Source: Anaeromyxobacteraceae bacterium
GTDB taxonomy: Bacteria; Myxococcota; Myxococcia; Myxococcales; Anaeromyxobacteraceae
Length of the DNA: 64,000 bases
NCBI GenBank assembly: GCA_032654565.1
Contig: JAULAX010000005.1
Location: forward strand, 1 to 64,000
Direction of reading: 5' to 3'
Shown: positions 59,422-64,000 of the stretch, piece by piece
Layout of the letters: each line of letters opens with the position of its first letter
How positions within the stretch are numbered: position 1 is the stretch's first letter
Position numbers and translations under genes: made by a program
The notes under the pieces: model-generated
What the model was told of the DNA's origin: nothing
The model's input: the letters and a program-made list of their open reading frames with translations, nothing else
Database searches by the model: none

Positions 59422-59954
59422 AGCTGATCCTCGACACCCTCTCGACCTGGGCGGTGCCGCTGCTGGTGGCCGGCATCCCGCTCTACGCCCTGACCCGCAA
59501 GGTGGACGTCTACGCCGCCTTCCTGGAGGGGGCCAAGGCCGGCTTCGAGACCGGGGTGCGGATCGTGCCGCCGCTGGTGGCGGTGCTGGTGGCGCTGGGG
59601 ATGCTGCGGGCCTCGGGGGCGCTCGACGCCGCGGCCCGGGCCCTGGCGCCGCTGCTCGGGCCCATCGGCCTGCCGGCCAGCGTGCTGCCGCTGGTGGTGA
59701 TCCGGCCGCTCTCCGGCGGGGCGGCGCTGGGCGTGGTCGGCGACGTGCTGCGCAGCGAGGGGCCGGACTCCTACGCCGGCCGCCTGGTCTCGGTGATGTG
59801 CGGCTCCACCGAGACCACCTTCTACGTGCTGGCGGTCTACTTCGGCGCCGCCGGGATCACCCGCTACCGGCACGCCCTGCCGGCCGCGCTGCTGGCGGAT
59901 CTGGCCGGCATGACCACCGCGGTGGTGGTGGTGCGGCTGCTCTTCGGCGGGTAG
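59418..59954 (+). CDS. spmB: SpmB-like membrane protein
   Basis: VYAAFLEGAKAG, RASGA, RPLSG, GSTETTFYVLAVYFG. Confidence 0.85.
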   Translation: MKLILDTLSTWAVPLLVAGIPLYALTRKVDVYAAFLEGAKAGFETGVRIVPPLVAVLVALGMLRASGALDAAARALAPLLGPIGLPASVLPLVVIRPLSGGAALGVVGDVLRSEGPDSYAGRLVSVMCGSTETTFYVLAVYFGAAGITRYRHALPAALLADLAGMTTAVVVVRLLFGG

Positions 59955-59962
59955 TCGAGCGC

Positions 59963-61237
59963 CTACCTGACCGGATCGAAGGTGCCGGAGGCGCGCAGCA
60001 CGCGCACCGCCGCCAGCTGGGCCTGCAGGGTCTCGGTGGTCAGCTGGATCTCGGCGTTGCGCAGCGAGGAGGTGGCGTCGGCCTGCTCCACCGCGGTGGC
60101 GGCGCCGGCCTTGAAGGAGACGTCCACCAGCCGCTGGTTCTCGGCGGCCAGCTCGCGCTGCTCCCTGGCCTTGGTGGCGTTGGCGCGCGCCGACTCGAGG
60201 TCGAGCAGGGCGCTGCGCACCTCGGCCCGGGCCCGGTTCTCCAGGGCCCGGCGGGTGTACTCGGCCTCGGCGATCTTGGCGCTGGTGTCGCGCAGCTCGG
60301 CCTCGCGCAGGCCGCCGTCGAGGATGGTCCAGGTGAAGGAGAGCCCCACCGCGGTGGCCTGCGTCTGCCCCGTCAGGCCGGCCGGCTCGGTGTAGCTGTA
60401 GCGGCCGAACGCCGCGATGACCGGGAGGTAGCGCATGGCGGCCACCCGGCGCAGCGACAGGGAGGCGTCCTCGGCGCTGCGGGCCGCCTTGACGTCGAGC
60501 CGCTTCTCCAGCGCCGCCTGCTCCAGCGCGCTGGTGTCGGCCGGCAGGACCGGCTCGGCCGGCTCCACCACCTCGAAGTCGGGCTGGCGGTCGAGCAGGA
60601 CCGAGAGGGCCAGCCGGGCCGACTGGTAGCTGTTCCTGGCCTTGAGCAGGTCCTGCTCGGCGCGCGCGAAGTCGATGTCGGCGCGCAGCTTGGCCACCTT
60701 GGCGATGGTGCCGGCCTTGTAGCGGACGGCGGCGTCCTTGGACTGGCGCTCGGCGATCTCCTGGAGCTGCTGCGAGACCTCGACCAGCCGCTTCAGCGAC
60801 GCCACCCCGTAGTAGGCCTGGGCCACGCCGAAGAGCATCTCGCGGCGGGCGTTCTCGACGGTGTAGGTGGCGGCGTCCTCGGCCCGGTAGGCGCCCTGGA
60901 TGGCGAACCAGAGCTGCGGCGCCAGCAGCACCTGGGTGGCCTGCACCTGGGCGCCGCTCTGCTCCCACGGCTGCAGGGTGACGAAGCCCCCCGGGGCCCC
61001 GGCGAAGGGAAGCTTCACCTTGGCGTCGTTGAAGGTGTAGCTCCCGGCGGCCCCGATCTGCAGCAGGTGACCGCTCCAGGCCTTCCAGACGTTGGCCTTG
61101 GCCTGGGTCACCTTGGCCTGGGCCGCCTTGAGGTCGAGGTTGGCCTCGTCGGCCCGCTTCAGCGCGGCCTCGAGGGTCAGGGTCTGCGGGGCCTGCGCCA
61201 GCGAGAGCGCCAGCAGGGCCGTGGTCAGGGTCGTCAT
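59963..61237 (-). CDS. TolC-family outer-membrane efflux protein
   Basis: Signal peptide, LTLEAAL, VAQAYY, RYKAGT, FKAGAAT. Confidence 0.85.
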   Translation of the reverse strand: MTTLTTALLALSLAQAPQTLTLEAALKRADEANLDLKAAQAKVTQAKANVWKAWSGHLLQIGAAGSYTFNDAKVKLPFAGAPGGFVTLQPWEQSGAQVQATQVLLAPQLWFAIQGAYRAEDAATYTVENARREMLFGVAQAYYGVASLKRLVEVSQQLQEIAERQSKDAAVRYKAGTIAKVAKLRADIDFARAEQDLLKARNSYQSARLALSVLLDRQPDFEVVEPAEPVLPADTSALEQAALEKRLDVKAARSAEDASLSLRRVAAMRYLPVIAAFGRYSYTEPAGLTGQTQATAVGLSFTWTILDGGLREAELRDTSAKIAEAEYTRRALENRARAEVRSALLDLESARANATKAREQRELAAENQRLVDVSFKAGAATAVEQADATSSLRNAEIQLTTETLQAQLAAVRVLRASGTFDPVR

Positions 61238-61725
61238 GGGTTCTGCTCCTCGGTGATGGCCGTCAGCTTGCCGATGATTCGAAAGAGATCCCGCCGATCG
61301 CCGGCGTCGAGCCGGCCCATCAGCCAGGTGAGCTTCTCCAGCACCCCGGCGTCGAGGCGCCGGGCCAGCCGGGCACCGGGCGCGGTCAGCTTGACCCGCA
61401 CCACCCGGCGATCGGCCGGATCGCGGAGCCGCTGCACCAGCCCGTCCCGCTCCAGCCGGTCCACCAGCCCGGTGGTGGTCTTCTCGGAGACCGCCACCCG
61501 CCGGGCCAGGTCACCCATGGTGAGCGGCCCCTCGTGGCCGAGCGAGAGCAGGGTGTGGACCTGCGGCGCCGACAGCTCCAGCTCGGCGCAGGTGGCCGAG
61601 ATGGGGTCGCGCAGCGAGCGGTGGCGCATCAGCTCCACCAGCATGCCGTGGAGCCGCCGGGCGTCGCCGCCGGGGCCGCCGGGGCGCCCGCCCGCCAGAT
61701 GCCCGCTCTCGGAGATAGTCCGCAT
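61234..61725 (-). CDS. MarR-family transcriptional regulator
   Basis: LSAPQ, TGLVDRLERDGLVQR..DRRVVRVKLT; start uncertain. Confidence 0.85.
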   Translation of the reverse strand: MRTISESGHLAGGRPGGPGGDARRLHGMLVELMRHRSLRDPISATCAELELSAPQVHTLLSLGHEGPLTMGDLARRVAVSEKTTTGLVDRLERDGLVQRLRDPADRRVVRVKLTAPGARLARRLDAGVLEKLTWLMGRLDAGDRRDLFRIIGKLTAITEEQNP

Positions 61726-61783
61726 TGCGGAGTACCCGTAGTCGCCCGGGGCGGCCCTGTCAAGCCAAAGCGGCTCCGCCCTG

Positions 61784-64000
61784 CTAGGGGGTCCCGCCCA
61801 GGTCCTCGATCTCACGGCGGATGTCGTCGGTGTCGTCGGCGTCCGGCTTGAGCGCCAGGTAGGCCTTGAACTCGGTCACGGCGCGCGCCTTGGCTCCCTT
61901 CTCCTTGTAGACGTAGCCCAGGTAGTAGTGGGGCATGGGGTTGGCCTTGTCGGTCGCCGCCGCCTTCTCGTACCAGGGCACCGCCGCCGCCGCCCCCTGG
62001 GACTCGTGGAGCGCCCGGGCCAGCCTGTAGAACACCGTGACCTCGGCCGGATCGGCCTTGATCACCTCGCGGTAGAGCTTGATGGCCTCGCCGGCCTTGC
62101 GCTCCTTGAGCCGGCAGTCGGCCAGCTCCACCTTGAAGCGGGAGACCCTGGGCGCGATGGCCATGGCCTTCTCGAAGTACGGGGTGGCCTCCTTGAAGTT
62201 GCCGTGGCCGGCGTAGAGCAGCCCCAGCCGCTCCAGCGGCTCGGTGAACTTCGGGTCGGCGGCGGCCGAGGCCTTGTAGGCCTCCACCGCCTCGCCGGGG
62301 GCGTTGGTCCGCTCCAGGGCGATGCCGAGGTGGAGCCGGTAGCGGGCGTCCTTGGGATCCTGCTCGACGGCGCGGCGCAGGCGGTTCATGGCGGCGGGGG
62401 TCTCCCCCTTGGCCAGCAGGGCCCGCCCGAACCAGTGCTGCCCCTCCGACAGGTTGGCGTCGAGGCCGGTGCCGAGGGTGAGCGCCTCGACGGCCCCGGA
62501 GGCGTCGTCGCGGAGCAGCTTCACCGCCCCCAGCCGGATCTGCGCCAGGGCGTTCTTGGGCGCCAGCTCCACGGCGGTGGCGAAGCTCTTCTGCGCCCCC
62601 TCCAGGTCGCCGGCCTTCCAGCGCAGCGACCCGAGCGCGGCGTGGGCCTGGGCGTTGCGCGGCTCCAGCTCCAGCACCTGCTCCAGCCCGCTCCGGGCCG
62701 CCGCCTCGTCGCCGCGGGCCTGGGCCAGCTGCGCCAGCCCCAGCGCCGCGCCGGCGAACTCGGGGTCCAGCTGCAGCGCCGCCTGGTAGGCCGCGCCGGC
62801 GCCGGCCAGGTCGCCCCGGGCCGCCTTGAGATCGCCCAGCGCCGACTGGGCCGCCGGCTCGCGCGGGGCCTTCTCCACCGCGAAGGCCAGCGCCGCCTCG
62901 GCGGCGGCCAGGTCCTTCTCGCCCAGCGCCATCCGCCCCAGGTCGACGCGGAAGGCCACCTCGCCCGGCGCCTTGGCGGCCGCCTCCTCGTAGAGCTTGC
63001 GGGCCTCGGCCGGCTTGGCCTGGGCCTCCAGCGCCGCCCCCTTGGCGGCCAGCAGCCGGGCGTTCCCCGGCGACCGGGCCAGCGCCGCATCGGCCAGCTG
63101 CGTGGCGTCGAGCACCCGGCCCGCCGCCGCCAGGGCGCGGACCCGCAGGTCGGCCACCGCCGGGTCACCGGCGGCGCCGGCGGCCAGCGGCTCCAGCGCC
63201 GCCACCGCCGCGGCCGGATCGCCTCGCCGGAGCCGGAGCCTGGCCAGCGACAGGCGCAGCCCGCTCTCCTTGGGATCGAGCCCCAGGGCCGCGTCGTAGG
63301 CCTCCGCGGCCGCCGCCGCGGTGGCGGCCCGGCGACCCAGCAGCGCCCCCCGCAGCCCCAGCGCCCGCGCCCGCTCACCGGGCCCGAGCCGCGCCTCGGT
63401 CTCCTTGGCGAGCAGCTCGTCGACCGCCTTCCCGGCCGCCTCCAGCTCGCCGGCGGCCTCGGCCAGCGCCGCCAGCTCCAGCCGGGTGGGGAGATGGCCG
63501 GGCGAGCGGGCCAGCCCCTTCTCGAACCAGGCACGCGCCCCGGCGGCGTCGCCGCTGGCCGCCGCGGCCTGCCCCAGCCCCCGGGCCGCCCGCGGGGTGT
63601 TGGGCTGCGCCGCCTCCAGCTTCTGGTAGAAGCCGGCGGCGCGGGCCGCGTCTCCGCGGGCCAGGGCCACCTTGCCGAGCAGGTCGAGGCCGTCGGGCGT
63701 CGGTCCGCCCTTCACCTTCTCCAGCGCCGCCTCGGCGGCGCTCACCGCCCTGGCCCCGTCCAGCGTCGCCACCGCCAGCACCGCCAGCGGCGTGGCCGGG
63801 TCGTCCTGCTCCTTGGAGGCGAGGGTGGCCGCCAGGGCCCGCGCCTGCTGCACCGCCGGCGCCGGGGCGGCGTGGCGCAGGTCGAGCGCCGCCACCGCGA
63901 CCGCCTGGAGCGCCGCCACCGAGATCTCGCGATCGTCGGCGCGCAGCGCCTGCTCGGCGGCGGCCAGGGCCGCCTGGTCGGAGGCCAGGTCGTCGCGGGA
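61784..64000 (-). CDS. large TPR-repeat protein, 3' part (5' end outside window)
   Basis: Many TPR units (AHAALG..AVELAP, PHYYLGYVYK); frame open to the window edge. Confidence 0.85.
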   Translation of the reverse strand, partial: SRDDLASDQAALAAAEQALRADDREISVAALQAVAVAALDLRHAAPAPAVQQARALAATLASKEQDDPATPLAVLAVATLDGARAVSAAEAALEKVKGGPTPDGLDLLGKVALARGDAARAAGFYQKLEAAQPNTPRAARGLGQAAAASGDAAGARAWFEKGLARSPGHLPTRLELAALAEAAGELEAAGKAVDELLAKETEARLGPGERARALGLRGALLGRRAATAAAAAEAYDAALGLDPKESGLRLSLARLRLRRGDPAAAVAALEPLAAGAAGDPAVADLRVRALAAAGRVLDATQLADAALARSPGNARLLAAKGAALEAQAKPAEARKLYEEAAAKAPGEVAFRVDLGRMALGEKDLAAAEAALAFAVEKAPREPAAQSALGDLKAARGDLAGAGAAYQAALQLDPEFAGAALGLAQLAQARGDEAAARSGLEQVLELEPRNAQAHAALGSLRWKAGDLEGAQKSFATAVELAPKNALAQIRLGAVKLLRDDASGAVEALTLGTGLDANLSEGQHWFGRALLAKGETPAAMNRLRRAVEQDPKDARYRLHLGIALERTNAPGEAVEAYKASAAADPKFTEPLERLGLLYAGHGNFKEATPYFEKAMAIAPRVSRFKVELADCRLKERKAGEAIKLYREVIKADPAEVTVFYRLARALHESQGAAAAVPWYEKAAATDKANPMPHYYLGYVYKEKGAKARAVTEFKAYLALKPDADDTDDIRREIEDLGGTP

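Noticed and set aside
58834..59954. spmAB as evidence of endospore formation
   Set aside because: SpmA/B homologues are widespread in non-sporulating bacteria.

Overview
Very GC-rich, gene-dense bacterial window that looks Anaeromyxobacter/Myxococcota-like (triheme cytochrome c7, probable TIGR04551 outer-membrane protein, Ser/Thr kinase, many lipoproteins). Most of it is ordinary chromosome: rfbB-rfbD, an acyl-CoA dehydrogenase, a hybrid kinase, xth, rnz, tal, kdsD, folK, argH-lipoprotein-lysA-dapA-dapB, mce, spmAB and marR-tolC. Mobile DNA consists of two 1594-bp ISKra4-like copies, each with its own target duplication and patchily diverged from each other, plus a HUH/Y1 (RAYT-like) transposase gene. 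The most interesting signal is around that RAYT-like gene. It sits in a 1.25-kb unit bounded by 16-bp inverted repeats, with a sigma54-like promoter and a structured 250-bp 3' non-coding tail. Solo 88-bp homologues of its left end occur right after stop codons elsewhere, and two of them bracket a single EamA gene as direct repeats, like a cassette. Also notable: a J-domain protein with four MshEN-like motifs, an IMPase/ADP-ribosylglycohydrolase fusion, a ClpX paralog lacking the zinc-binding domain, a probable CTG start codon, and an unlisted 41-aa membrane ORF. I saw no CRISPR array, tRNA or rRNA. All calls come from reading motifs by eye; no database search was run, and several start codons are my choice among alternatives.
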